Of a stretch of 64,000 nt of DNA, positions 16,990-29,760 are shown in pieces. The notes under the pieces are model-generated. The model saw nothing but the letters and a program-made list of their open reading frames with translations. It did no database searches and was not told the origin of the DNA. The position numbers and the translations under genes are program-made. The DNA is from the human T2T-CHM13v2.0 reference genome, Homo sapiens. Every line of letters starts with the position of its first letter. Positions within the stretch are counted from its first letter, which is position 1. The stretch lies in assembly GCF_009914755.1 (NCBI RefSeq), contig NC_060931.1. One strand, written 5' to 3'.

Positions 16990-17340
16990 AGCAATGAAAA
17001 CCTGTTTCCTCCTTTCCTTCTTGTCCTTTTGAAAAGACAACATGTCACAGGGAGACGTTTTTCTAACAGCATCCATCCTGGTGACAAATGTTTGCCAAGG
17101 GTGCGGAGAGAGGAGGGAGGAAAGAAAGAAAAAGAGAAGGAAGACGCCATCTGCTGACGAAAGAGAAAAGAAGAGGAGGAGGAATTGGAAGGCGCCACTT
17201 CCGGGTCCGTGTCTGAGAAATACAACGTATCACCATAAGGCAGACTTCTACTCAATATAAGGAAGAACTTTATAATAATTGGAGGAATTCAAAGGCAGAA
17301 TTGATCAGGGACCAAAGTTCAAGCAGGGGGTGGCGAGGTC
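16990..17340. promoter_or_regulatory. Candidate enhancer/promoter module: GRHL-like AAACCTGTTT (16998-17007), CTCF/YY1-like (17143-17158), GABP/ETS CCGGAAGTG on minus strand (17196-17204), DR1 GGACCAAAGTTCA (17309-17321)
   Basis: Motif matches in non-repeat, locally CpG-retaining sequence; activity not demonstrable from sequence. Confidence 0.5.
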
Positions 17341-18294
17341 TCCTCAGGCAGAATAATCTTTCGTAAGCTTCTCCCTCTTGAAGGAAGAACGGCCCCAGTT
17401 CAAGTAGAAGAAAATACTGTGCTTATTATTTTTCTCTAATTCTTAAATGTTTCAAATAGTCTCTATCTTGATAATTCACGATTCAAAGGACTGAGACTGA
17501 AACATCAAATAAGCAAGCACACAAATTTGCCTGACACCACCTGCCCCCACCCCTAGTCCCTGGGCCTTATTTCTGGGCTTGCTGCTGGGCTCTCCACGGG
17601 CAGCTGGCTGCCATCGCTCCGCTGGAGGGCGGTACCATGAGCACGGATGGGGCCCACATGGCAGGCAAAGCACTGGAAATTGATGCCGCACCCCGCTGCT
17701 GCCTCTCAGTCAGCAACTGGCCAAAGCTGATGTGTAAGTGACCCATGTGGGCTAACACTGAGGCCTGGTCCTTACACTGGCTCCCAGAGTGTCCAGCAAA
17801 GTTAGGCTCCAATTGTTTCCCTATCTCGCTTCCCTTAAAATGTTTCTTTCACCTTCCAAACAGATAACATACATCTCTGTCTCAGCGGAACTCAATCCAA
17901 GAAAACACCTCACACCATGATGATATAAAGATGACATAATCTACAAATCATTGAAGATTCTCATCTTGGTTTCTTAGATTTTCTAGCCACATATTTTAGA
18001 CTCAGTTTTGTCACACAGTAACACAAAATATACAGGTATTTATACAACAAAATATTAATATAAAACAAGTTATCAGTCCTATGTTTGTGAAGACTAGAGA
18101 GTCCACTAGACTCATAAAAGGAATGATGAAGAATACTATCATTTCTTTCAATTTTTTCAATTCTGAGAGCGAGTGACTTTGAAGTCAAAAAGACAAAAAT
18201 CACTGCAGTATAATGAAAAGAAATTCCAAAGCACTATTTTGTTATGTGGAGAAGTTCACTTTCACAATTACTAAAGGCTTACTGTGTGTTTCAG

Positions 18295-18384
18295 ACGCTG
18301 TGCTTGGTCCTACCTAAAATACAAAATCAAGACCACCCAGGCCCTGCTCTAAGGAAGTCACTCTCTAGAAAGGGACAGAGACAT
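18295..18384 (+). ncRNA. Putative 90-nt internal exon of a + strand transcript (probably exonised L2)
   Basis: Branch-like tactaaa at ~18269, acceptor tgtgtgtttcag|, donor CAT|gtaagt. Confidence 0.4.
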
Positions 18385-19188
18385 GTAAGTAAATAATTCC
18401 ACTCGAGTGTAATAAGTGCAATCATTCAACCTTCGACAAAGACACTAGAGGAAGGTCTGTCTGTAGGGGGAAAGGTCAAAAAAGGTTTTGTCATTTAGTA
18501 TCATGTGAACAAGGTTCCCAAGGATTCCTCTAAGAGCTGACTGGGGACTCCAGGAGCGAGAGGGGACACACGAAGTAGAGACTCAGCCTGGGAGGAAGCA
18601 GAAGGGTGAAGCAGCTTTGTGCATTCATCTCTCCCTGGCTTCAGTTCAACAGATGGAAAATTAATAGGCATATGAAAATAAATAATTTTTTCTTCTAGAT
18701 TATAAGATCCTCACGCTACATCAATAATTACTTACTTGACAAAAGTCAGAGACATTTTCTGTCTCAGAAAGAGCCTCTAAAATGCTGTGCCCTCATGAGT
18801 CACTCTGGTAGCATAAATCAGAGAAAAACTATCTGACTCAAATTACAGTTACTGTAAAAGTTCATTATTACTTACTAAAAGCCCTCAGGTCTACAGCCAT
18901 TGGGGGGTGGGGGGGGGGAAGCCTCCTATTTTTAGAAATAAGACTTATTTTCTCATCTTCTGCATGTTTGGTTTAATTTAAACTTATTCTTGGAGTTTCA
19001 ATAGACATTGATGGCTATGGTCCAGTTGCTGAGGCAAATCTCTCTTTAACTCTATGGGAGGTGAGAGGCTCCAACGGGGACCAGACTTTGGAAACTGCAC
19101 ACCATCAAGGGTTTGCCATTAGAGGACTTCTCTTGTCTAACAGAAACAGGGCAATGCTACAACCTTGTGATTCTTTTCCTTCTTCTAG

Positions 19189-19450
19189 GCTATCAGGAAG
19201 AAAACTGAATATCCTTACATTGTGAGGTCAGATGTATGGCTTTCATTCTGAATGCAGTAACTTCAAATGTAGACACGTGAACAGAAAGCTTTGTAACAGA
19301 AAAACAGCATTGTTTCGTTAGATGACTATAGATAGTATTTCATAAAATACAAGAAAAACACTCAAAATTAGCTCCAAAAAATGTATGAAAGGTGATACTC
19401 TGATATTTAATAAAACTGAACCTCTCACAACAATAAAATGATCCAATTTC
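19189..19450 (+). ncRNA. Putative terminal exon of the same + strand transcript
   Basis: Strong acceptor ttcttttccttcttctag|G; AATAAA at 19409-19414 and 19432-19437. Confidence 0.4.
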
Positions 19451-19743
19451 ATATACCAATCAATAAGCAAGGGTCTACTAACTTCACCAAGAAAGAGAAA
19501 AAAACCTAAGTTAATGCAAAATAATTTGGATCTTAAGGACGTCAATAACATGGGCCTTGCAGAAAGTTCCAAAAAACATGCTTTCATACCTTTAACTCTA
19601 TGAAAAACAAACAAGCGTTACCTCCTGCAGCTAATGAGCACTGACAGGCTCAAGGTAGTCGCCATGCTATGAAATGTGGCAATAGCTACAATGTCATCTG
19701 TTTAGTTGTTCATCAGTTCATTGCTTAGGAGCCACTCAGAAGC

Positions 19744-20040
19744 AGCTGGGCGCAGTGGCTCATGCTTGTAATCCCAACACTTTGGGAGGCCGAGGCAGAA
19801 GGACAGCTTGAGTCCAGGACTTGGAGATCAGCCTGAACAACACAGAGAGACCCTGTCGCTACCAATAAAAAAAATTAGGCGGTCGTGGTGGTGCACACCT
19901 GTGGGAATTTGCTGTGCTTGTGGCCAATTAAGTGTTCCACTCTGAGGACAAAAATGAATGAACCTGGGAGTCTAAGATGGGAGGATCGCTTGAACCTGGG
20001 AGGTCGAGGTTACAGTGAGCCGTGATTGCACCACCGCACT
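19744..20040 (+). mobile_element. AluJ, 3'-truncated, carrying a 62-bp non-Alu insertion (19902-19963)
   Basis: Alu body interrupted after gtgcacacctg and resuming at ctgggagtctaagatgggaggatcgc. Confidence 0.88.
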
Positions 20041-20629
20041 TCCTACATTCTTTTGCAATAGGAGCCTATTTTAAGTCATTCTTAGACACACAAATAAGTT
20101 AATTTTGGGGGGCAGTCTTGATCTGGATTCTTGCTTTCCTCTGCAGCAGTCCTATTATTAAGCACCATCTATACCCAGGGCACTTTCTTTTGCTCATTTT
20201 ACCCATCCCAAACCTTGGCAGGAAATCCAACAGCAATGCTTTCATTCTTATCCCATCCTAATCTCAAGATATCAGTATGAAAGTCTTGAAAGTAAGGAAC
20301 TAACTCAAGTAATTTCCACTTCAGATTGACTAATGGCACACTGAATGGCTCCAGCATACTCACTTACTGGCCTCTGGCAAGTGACTTAACCTTCCTTAGT
20401 TTCTTCAACCAGCAAATGAGAAGGCAGAACTAGATGACCTCAAAGGGCCTCTCAAGTATCAAAGTTTTGCTTCTGTGAAATACGTATGAGCAAGCACACT
20501 CAAGTGTAGACAATATAGATTGGCAAATAAAAGCAAGTAGGACAGCAAGAAAAGTCCCAGACTCTCAGATTCAAATCTAGCGTCTTCTCAGGAACTCAAC
20601 CTACTCACACAACTATTTCCGAGAGCACT

Positions 20630-20855
20630 GTTAACTGCTTGTCAGAAAATGCACGTAGTAGTTCCACGGGTCATCACATTAAAAAAAAAAAGATTTGATT
20701 TCCATGTTTAAGTCAGTTTCAGAAACTGGGTTAAATAAAGTTAAACAAATTTCTCAACATCCTAGACTTTTACAGTGCTAAGAGGGCATGTGAGTTGCTA
20801 GGAGAGGTATTACAACAGAGCATTTTCCCAAACTTAGTTGCCACAGCATCCTTTT
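20630..20855. mobile_element. Old hAT-Charlie-like DNA transposon fragment
   Basis: gtttcagaaactgggttaaataaagttaaacaaatttctc...gcattttcccaaactta motif; family uncertain. Confidence 0.4.
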
Positions 20856-21949
20856 TCATAGGGCAAATCCTGCAGATCTTGTGTTCCCGGGAACAACTGG
20901 GAGTTTGCTGTGCTTGTGGCCAATTAAGTGTTCCACTCTGAGGACAAAAATGAATGGACTTGAAGGGCCACTCAGGGCCCCACCAGAAGGAGCCTTGGCT
21001 GCAGATCAAGACCCTCGACTCCACTGCAGGTTCTGCTGCCAGCTACTAGTTTGCACTGGGCCCCATTTAGCCACCTCCCCAGACCTGCTGGGCCCCACTG
21101 GCCTTCCAGGCATCCGCTGCCAGCTTCCTTCCCCAACACCCAGCCTCCCAGGCCCCAGCAGCACAGCACGGGGCCATCCTAGGTCTCTGTTCTCCTCTGA
21201 CTAAACTTTGCAGAAACACTGGCTGCAGTGGCTGCTCCCATGTCACAATCCGAACAATTTATGGCCTTAATTCCACTATCATCCTAATTTCTACATAATC
21301 ATGTAATAAATATTGGTAACATTTTGGAATTATTGCATAGAGAATTCTAAAAAAAAAAAAAAAAAAATTCCTAATTGTCTTGAAATGTTCTCCAATGTAG
21401 ATATAACTAAAGAAAATGAACCACAGTCTCTCTTCCAACTATTTTCTTTTCACAGAACTCTCCTAATTAGTGAACTACAATTAATACTAGAAATTAGAGG
21501 AACCACGTGGGATTCTTTGAAACAAAAAAAAAGCTTTTCTGATAAGTATTATTGACTGAAATACAGTTAACATGTTTGTCACTTTCAAAAAGCCACAAAT
21601 GAATTTCTCTGAAAAACCCAACGTCTTTATAAAAAAAAAAAAAAAAATTCCACAAAATTGGGGCTCTGCCAAAACGTGAATGTTGCAAAACCATGTGTCA
21701 CATGCCCTCCTTCAGTTTCATGTTAATCACTACAGCAAGGATTAAACTTTTGGAGACTGGAATTCAGAAAGGTCAGACAGGGATTCAAATGCTGTCCTAG
21801 CTGGCTGGGAAGTACTGAGGCAAGTTACTTAATTTTTCTTTAATCCCAGTCCCGTAAGCCATTAAAGGAAAACAGAAATACCCAGCTCACAGGATGGTTA
21901 AGTTTTAAGTAACATCAAGCTGAACTTGCCTAGCAGATTGGAACCTACA

Positions 21950-22334
21950 TTAATTAGAATTAGGTTTGGCTCAGGGTGGCAGGAGACCCAAAATATCAGT
22001 GGCTTAAACAAGAGAAGTTTCCTTCTCAGGGAAGTGCCCAGGAAGGTTAGCATGGCAGTCCACCCATGTGTGACCTCAACCTCACGGTTCAAGATGGTGG
22101 CTTCCACATTCCAGACAGAACGGGAAAGGGACGGAGAAGAAACGGCAAAGCAGGAAGACACACTGTCCCTTAAGGAAGGTTCCTGGAAGGGCCCACGTGG
22201 TAACTCACCTCCCACTGACCAGAATTTAGTCACATGACCATATAGCTGCCACGGCCCCAGCTATGAAGTAGGTCTCAGGTTGCTATATAAAGCGGGAGTA
22301 TGGACACTGGGGGCCAACCAGCAGGCTCTGCCAC
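21950..22334 (-). mobile_element. MLT1J/K-like MaLR LTR
   Basis: cagtggcttaaacaaga...caagatggtggc...cactgaccagaatttagtcacatgacc...ctctgccaca. Confidence 0.6.
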
Positions 22335-22990
22335 AAAACCCAGTAATGGCTCATCTCCTATCTCCAGTGGCTTCAGCTTCCAGGAGGAGTAACATTCAGC
22401 CTGTAGGCACTGGTACAGCACGCCAGTTATTTGAGCTGGCATCCGCCCTGAATGACTGGATTCCCATGCTGTCCTAGTAGTTAAATATTTTGCAAATTAC
22501 CCTTGCCTTTGGGAAGCTCTGCCTTAAATTTCCACAACAAACAAGATTTCCTTAATAGCACATGCTGTTTGGGACATACATTTTCCCCAAACTGATTAGT
22601 TTTCTTTCCTGAAAAGGTACAGAGCCCAGCAACTTGCTTTAACAGAAAAATTAATTTTGCTGAATTACAGGGTTCAGTTTTCAAAAAGGAACACTTCACC
22701 GTTAACTCTACAGGCACTCCATCTTGATGCTGCTGTCTCCTGGACGCACAAGTACGGAGGCGTGGTGGTGGAAGAAAGCCACTGTCTCCACTGTCTACGT
22801 CCCCACCCTGCTGTCCTTCCCACCTCTTCCTCACTGACAGTACCTGTCAGCCAAGGATGGGGGAGGAGAAAGAGCAGTGTGGACTTTTAAGAGAACCTTC
22901 AATGCACATGTGGCTTATCTGTGAGCAGGCTGTGCCGAATAAGCCACAATGCGTCACAATTTGACTTAAACTCAATTAACGCTAAGATTC

Positions 22991-23121
22991 ATTTTCTTTT
23001 CTTTTTTGAGATGGAGTCTTGCTCTGTCGCCCTCAGGCTGTCCTCAGGCTGGAGTGCAGTGGCGCAATCTTGGCTCACTGCAAGCTCTGCCTCCCGGGTT
23101 CACGCCATTCTCCTGCCTCAG
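22991..23121 (-). mobile_element. AluY right-arm fragment, 5'-truncated
   Basis: gcaagctctgcctcccgggttcacgccattctcc (Y-diagnostic); ends abruptly at cctcag. Confidence 0.85.
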
Positions 23122-24202
23122 ACTGGTGCTAAATCAGGGTGACCCAGACCTAAAATAATTTCTTTTCAATCTCATCTTTCTGTTCTAATTATTTCCAAGA
23201 GTTTCAATCAGCATTTCCTAAGTTGTGTTCTACAAGTGTTAAAAAGGGTTGTATTTAAAAAAAAAAAAAATCAGTACTAGAAATACTTTTTTCCTAAAAC
23301 GTATTACATTTATGTAAGAAAAACAGTTTTAAAGCTTTAATTGTTGCAGAATAGCCAGAAGCTAAGAAATGCTGGGCCGGCGTCAGGAGAAGGTGTGCCC
23401 AGCGGCCTCGTGCGGGTTTACGCTCTGGCCACAAGAAGCCAGCCCTACGCTCTCACTCAACCGTGCAATTCTTTCTGTCCTACGTGACCCTAGTTTCCTA
23501 AATGACCTATTCTGCATCCTGCACATTTTAAGAATGTGTTTTATTTCTCCTTCATTATTTGATTGATTTTTTTCTACTACTAAAACAAGCATATATTTAC
23601 AAAGTATATGAAGCAACACGTATACGGTGAAAGTCAATCTTTTTCACCAGTCTTCTTGTACTGTTTCCATTCCCAGAGCAAAGTATTCTGTTTCTTGTGA
23701 ATCTTTCTAGATTATGTATTTCCTAACCATAAAAGGTGGCATAAATACATGCTGTTTTGCACACAATACAGAATGCATTTCCAATATTCTAATTTTTTAT
23801 CATTTTACAAAGCTTCAATGTAATCATCAGCACTTGCTGTAACTAATGTTACTAAACGCTCTGGAGCCGAAATTGAACAGCAGCATTTACCGTTATATAT
23901 AGGTGCTGTTTAACTATGTATGGACCTCACCAATTATCAGTAATAGTCCAACCCTGAAAAGCTATTGGCACCAATTTTCTTTCCCACAATTAACTTACTA
24001 TGGAACACTAATTCTCAACAGACAGCTGGAAGACATGTCTTCCGAGAAAAGCATCAGAACTTCAAGTGGGAAGGGAATGAAGATGCAAGCTCTCCATCCA
24101 ATCACAGAAATTTCACGATGTCCTCCCTGGGAGTTATCGCTTCTCCCATCTCTCTCCTGTGGAAAGTCACTGCATTTAACGACAGATGTAACTGAACCAA
24201 GT

Positions 24203-24391
24203 GCGGCACTGTGTAACAGAGCCTTCTGCAACAGTGGAGATGTCCCCATCCATGCTATCCAACACCAGAGCTACCAACCACAAAGGACTAAGGAGTACTT
24301 CACATCTAGTACAACTGAGGAATGTTTCAGTTTAATTTAAAATACGGATTCAAATGTAAATAGCCACATGTGCCTAGCGGTCACTGAATTG
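24203..24391. mobile_element. MER3-like hAT-Charlie element
   Basis: gcactgtgtaacagagccttctgcaacagtggagatgt...aaatagccacatgtg. Confidence 0.6.
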
Positions 24392-24811
24392 TGGGAAGTC
24401 AGAAAAAGATACCAACTCTTCTTATAAAACAGAGGAATAACAGGAACTGTGTATGAATATATAGGGTAAGCCTAGCAGATTACGCCCAAGCACATCTCCT
24501 AAGAATTGTCTTTCTTAACATATGCAAGGCTGAGTGGACCAGTTCCAAAAATAATTTGTTTAGTTAAAGTTGGAACAAGCATCAAGTTATGTTGCAATTA
24601 CCTCTAAAATTTGAAATTAAAATAATTTTAATTTACCCAAACTCTATGTTTGATTATGCATTCTGTTTTTTACATTTTTCCTGGCATGACGTTGCATGTG
24701 GATCACACTAAATTAACAGTTTCCCTGTTAGGCGAAAAAAACAAACTGCAGAACGGTATGTACGATGTTATGCCAACCATGTCAGTGTATATGTTTGTAT
24801 AGGAATACAAT

Positions 24812-25028
24812 TCCTCTAGAACACTGCTGTCTAACAGGACACTTTGTAAGAATGGAAACGTTCTATGTCTGCACTGTTCATCACGGCAGCCACCAGCCAC
24901 ATGTGGCCATGGCACACTTGAAATATGGCTAGTGTGACTGAGGAACTCAATGGTTAACTATATTTCATTTTAATTAGTTTAAATTCAAACAGCCACAAGT
25001 GGCTAATGACTACCTTATGAGATGGTGC
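24812..25028. mobile_element. MER3 hAT-Charlie element
   Basis: gctgtctaacaggacactttg...aatggaaacgttctatgtctgcactgt...cagccacatgtggc...cacttgaaatatggctagtgtgactgaggaact. Confidence 0.75.
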
Positions 25029-25202
25029 GAGAAGACTAAACAAACCCCAAACTTAAAATGGCTACCTCCCAGGGATTATGACTGGAGGGAAGAAAATAAA
25101 CTTTTACTTACTTTAAATACCACTGTGTTGCTTGGATCTACTTATTTAATTGTGTACAACTGGCATGTACAATGCATTAAACAAACAGATAAAAAGGGGA
25201 GG

Positions 25203-25562
25203 TATCTTAGCCAGCGTGGGCTGTTCTAACAAAATACCATCAACTGGGTGACACAGACAAAAGGAATTTATTTCTCACAGTTCTGGAGGCTGGAAGTTCA
25301 AGATCAAGGGGCCGGCAGATGTGGTTCCTGGTGAGGGCTTTCCTCCTGGCCTGCTGTGCCCTTACAAGGCAGGGAGAGACGGAGCACTTGGGTCTCCCTT
25401 CTTCTTATAAGGACACAAATCCCAATATGGGGGCCCTACCTACATGACCTCATGAAAACCTCATTGCCTCCCAAAAGTTCCACATCCAAATACCATCGCA
25501 TTGGGAGTCAGGCCTTCAATATAGGGATTTTGGGGGAAGACAAAAACATTCAGTCCATTACA
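25203..25562 (-). mobile_element. MLT1A-like MaLR solo LTR
   Basis: atttatttctcacagttctggaggctggaagttcaagatcaagg...aaacattcagtccattaca. Confidence 0.8.
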
Positions 25563-25669
25563 GAAGGAGAAAGGGAAAAATCAAAGATTCCTTCTCCTTT
25601 CTGTATTTTTCTCCACTCCATTCGCTTAGCTTAATAAGTACTATAGAAACATTAGGCATCTGAAATCTG

Positions 25670-25813
25670 GTTGTGTTTTGTTTTGTTTTGTTTTGGTAGA
25701 GACAGGGTCTTGCCGTGTTGCCCAAGCTGGTCTGAAACTGTTGGCCTCAAGTGATCCTCCTGCCTCAGCCTCCCAAAGTGCTGGGATTACAGGTGTGAGG
25801 CACCGTGCCTGGC
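25670..25813 (-). mobile_element. FLAM_C/Alu monomer with (TTTTG)n tail
   Basis: Single left-arm-like monomer. Confidence 0.75.
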
Positions 25814-26397
25814 CTGGTTCTTGAATAGCTGGAACAATGGAATTTCCAACCAAGCAGATATGCAACCAAGTATCTGGACCTTAGGCTATTATAAATTCCA
25901 GTGTGAAACAATGTACTAGTGATTCAAAGTCCTCATGTTTACACAATCTCTTGATGACCCCAACAAATGAATGGAGGTGCCAAATCCATGCTAGGCAAGC
26001 TGGAAATGACACTTCCCTTGTTACCTTTAACCATACTTGTTCATTGTTCATTGCTGTGCTGCAAGGTGCTGAACTACCTTAAAATGGTCCCAGAAGCTCC
26101 CTCTGGGTTGCCTCAACCAACTAGCCTCTCCCAGCTCTTTCCTTTGGAAGCCAAAGGCACTTTATTCCAGTGGAAGAGGTCATATTCAAGCTCAGCTTCC
26201 CACAAGCCCAGTGGCTTCCTCCACTCTGAGTGTGGGGATACCGGGGTTTCCCACAGATACTGAGGTCTCCAGGTACAGGGATGCTGGCATTCCCAAGCAA
26301 TGCCTGCAAACAGCCATCCCAAATCCATATATCCCGCTCCTAAGCAGCCTTTATGTTCACCCACGGTCAAAGCTGCTTTCTTGTTCCCCATAAAAAA

Positions 26398-26615
26398 AAG
26401 ATTAGGGTGGTTGCCAGGGGGTGAGGAGAGGGAAAAATAGGGACTGATTGCTTAATGGAAACAGGGTTTCTTTTGTGAGGGGATAAAGAGGCTTTGGAAC
26501 TAGACAGAAGGGTAGCTGTACAACATTGTGAAGGTACTAAAATGCCATTGAATTATTCACTTCAAAATGGCTGATTTTATGTTATGTGGATTTTGCCTTC
26601 AAAAACCTATTAAAA
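26398..26615 (+). mobile_element. L1M (MB-like) 3' end
   Basis: gattagggtggttgccagggg...tgtacaacattgtgaaggtactaaaatgccattgaatt...ttttatgttatgtg. Confidence 0.65.
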
Positions 26616-26619
26616 ATAA

Positions 26620-26949
<330 letters not shown>

Positions 26950-27659
26950 TCAGGGGCAACATTCCATCAGTCACACAGAACTGCCCTGGTGGACCGCCTT
27001 CCTCCCTGTTCTCAACCAAGCTTTGTAAGATTTCCTTTTCCCTAACAAGCCTTGTAGAATTTGTCCTGAACCCTAGGGACCATGAGGGAACTCGCCTAAC
27101 CTCTCCAACACTTTATGTTTCCAACACAGCCACAGATCCAGCTGTTGCTCTGGAGTTTTTCTCTGTGAATATTTTTTCATCTTGTTCTGCTATTTCCTAC
27201 CATATTCCCCACAAGGAACTTTCACTCAGCATCCTACTGGAATTCAACATTGTGGGTTAATGCTATGCTCCTTGTCTGCAGTGGTGAAAAAATTCCTCAA
27301 GAGACTTTGACTGGAAACTTGATTGCTCTGCTTCAATCAAACACAGTGGCTGGACCTATCTGGACAATGGGTGCAATCATTATGATTATGGTCAATTAAT
27401 ATCACCAACCCATTGTTTGACTAAACTGACAAATGGCTGAAATAGTGGAATTAGCTGATTGTTCTCCTTTATTACACCCTCATACAGCAACCCCTGGTAG
27501 GAATATTAGTAGTAAGGAGGTGAAAGTAGGGGGATAAAGACAAATGGGTTTCTTCAGCCCTCTCTCTGCCACCTCTGCCACCTCTACTCCAGCCCCTGGT
27601 CATGCTCTAGAACCATGTTTCCAAAATAAATTTGACTACGAAATCCTTTTTTCATGGAA

Positions 27660-28510
27660 CACCTGCCAACATCTCCTCCTATTCACCTTGCACATCCCTC
27701 ACTTTCCCCATTTCAGTAGATAGCACTTCCCTTTACCTAGTTGTTCAGTCTAAAAGTCTTGGAATTATCCTTGGTTCTTCTTTCTCTCATACCCTACAAC
27801 TGAGCTATCAACAAATTATACCAGCTTTATCTTCAACATCCCCAATCTAACCCTTTCTTCCAACTCCCAATGCTACTAACCCTGTCTCAGCCACCACCTA
27901 CCCACCTGGACCACCCCGCTCACTTGGGCCACACCACACTTCCACTCTTGTCCCCAGCACACTCCCGCTGCCCCCATAGCATCCAGTAACCCTTTACAAT
28001 TAGAAGTCCTAACACACCTTTCCCCTGTCCAGGAAGGGCCTCTCAGGCCACTGGGAGTCAAATCTAAACTGCCCATCACAGCCCATCAGGCTTGCATGGA
28101 CTGACCCCTGGGTACCTTTCCAATTCCATTTCCAAATGCTCTGTCCTTTGTTGCCCACTCTGCTCCAGTGACACGAGGGCTGACAGAGGTGCTCCTTTGA
28201 CCTGCCCAGCACTCTCTCACCCCAGGGTGTGATTCCCCCTGCCTGGAACGCTCTTCCTCTAACTGTCACCTGCTCGGAGAGGCCTGGAGACTTAGCGAAA
28301 CGTGACTCTCTATCCCTCTACTTGGCTTTGCACCTCTTCACAGCATTTATCACAACCTGACATGGCACCCCATGTTTACTGGGTGCCCCCTACCCACTAG
28401 GGCAAAAGCTCAAACAGGCAGCAATGCTGTTCTGTGCCCCACTACATCCCTAGCACTCAGAGCCAGGCCTGGTTGGTAGGAGTGCTCAATACATACTTAT
28501 TAGATCAATT
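27660..28510 (+). mobile_element. L2 3' region
   Basis: Pyrimidine-rich L2-type sequence ending tagcactcagagccaggcctgg...taggagtgctcaatacatac. Confidence 0.55.
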
Positions 28511-29244
28511 AATAAATAATTCTCATAGAACCATCCCTCAGAACCATCTACTGTGAATTCCTTGTCTGGAGTAAAACAACAGAAGCAAAAGCAGTCAAAC
28601 TGGGAGACAGTACTATGACGGTCAGAACATATAACATGGAAGCGCTCCAAAAAGAACTGAATCCAGGTTCACATCACTAGTGCCAGGCCCTGGATATAAG
28701 CATTTTAGGTTCCCCAGAAGGATGCAGAGGTGCTAGTTTCCTGATAAGTGTAATAGATTAAATCGGACTAAATTATCTTTAGCGATCTATAAAGTGGTTC
28801 CTACATACCTTCCACAATAGATAACCCTTTTTTCCTCCTTCGGCTGTAAGTCACTTAAAATTTCAAAGCTGTGAAATATTTTAAGACTTAAGTTTGAAGT
28901 TAGCTTTTAAGGTAGCAGTAGGCAAATACAATATTTTGCTAGAAATGTATTACCAATGAGAAACATAGTTATAACAAATGCATTACAAAATAAATGAGGC
29001 TAGTATAATTTTCAGGCAGACTAAGGATGCTGCATTACTAGTAATCATACCGTAACCAATGGAGAAAAAACCCAGCACTACACAAATGACTTTTAGCTAG
29101 TTACTTCTCCAACACCTCACTATAAACTTAAAGCTAATATTCAATATGTAAATAGTCTATTCTTAGGACTTGAATTCTACTGTTTATCTAATCAGCCCTT
29201 TGAAAAAGGTGATGTGGGAGAGCAGAAAACTGTACTTGTACTAA

Positions 29245-29760
<516 letters not shown>

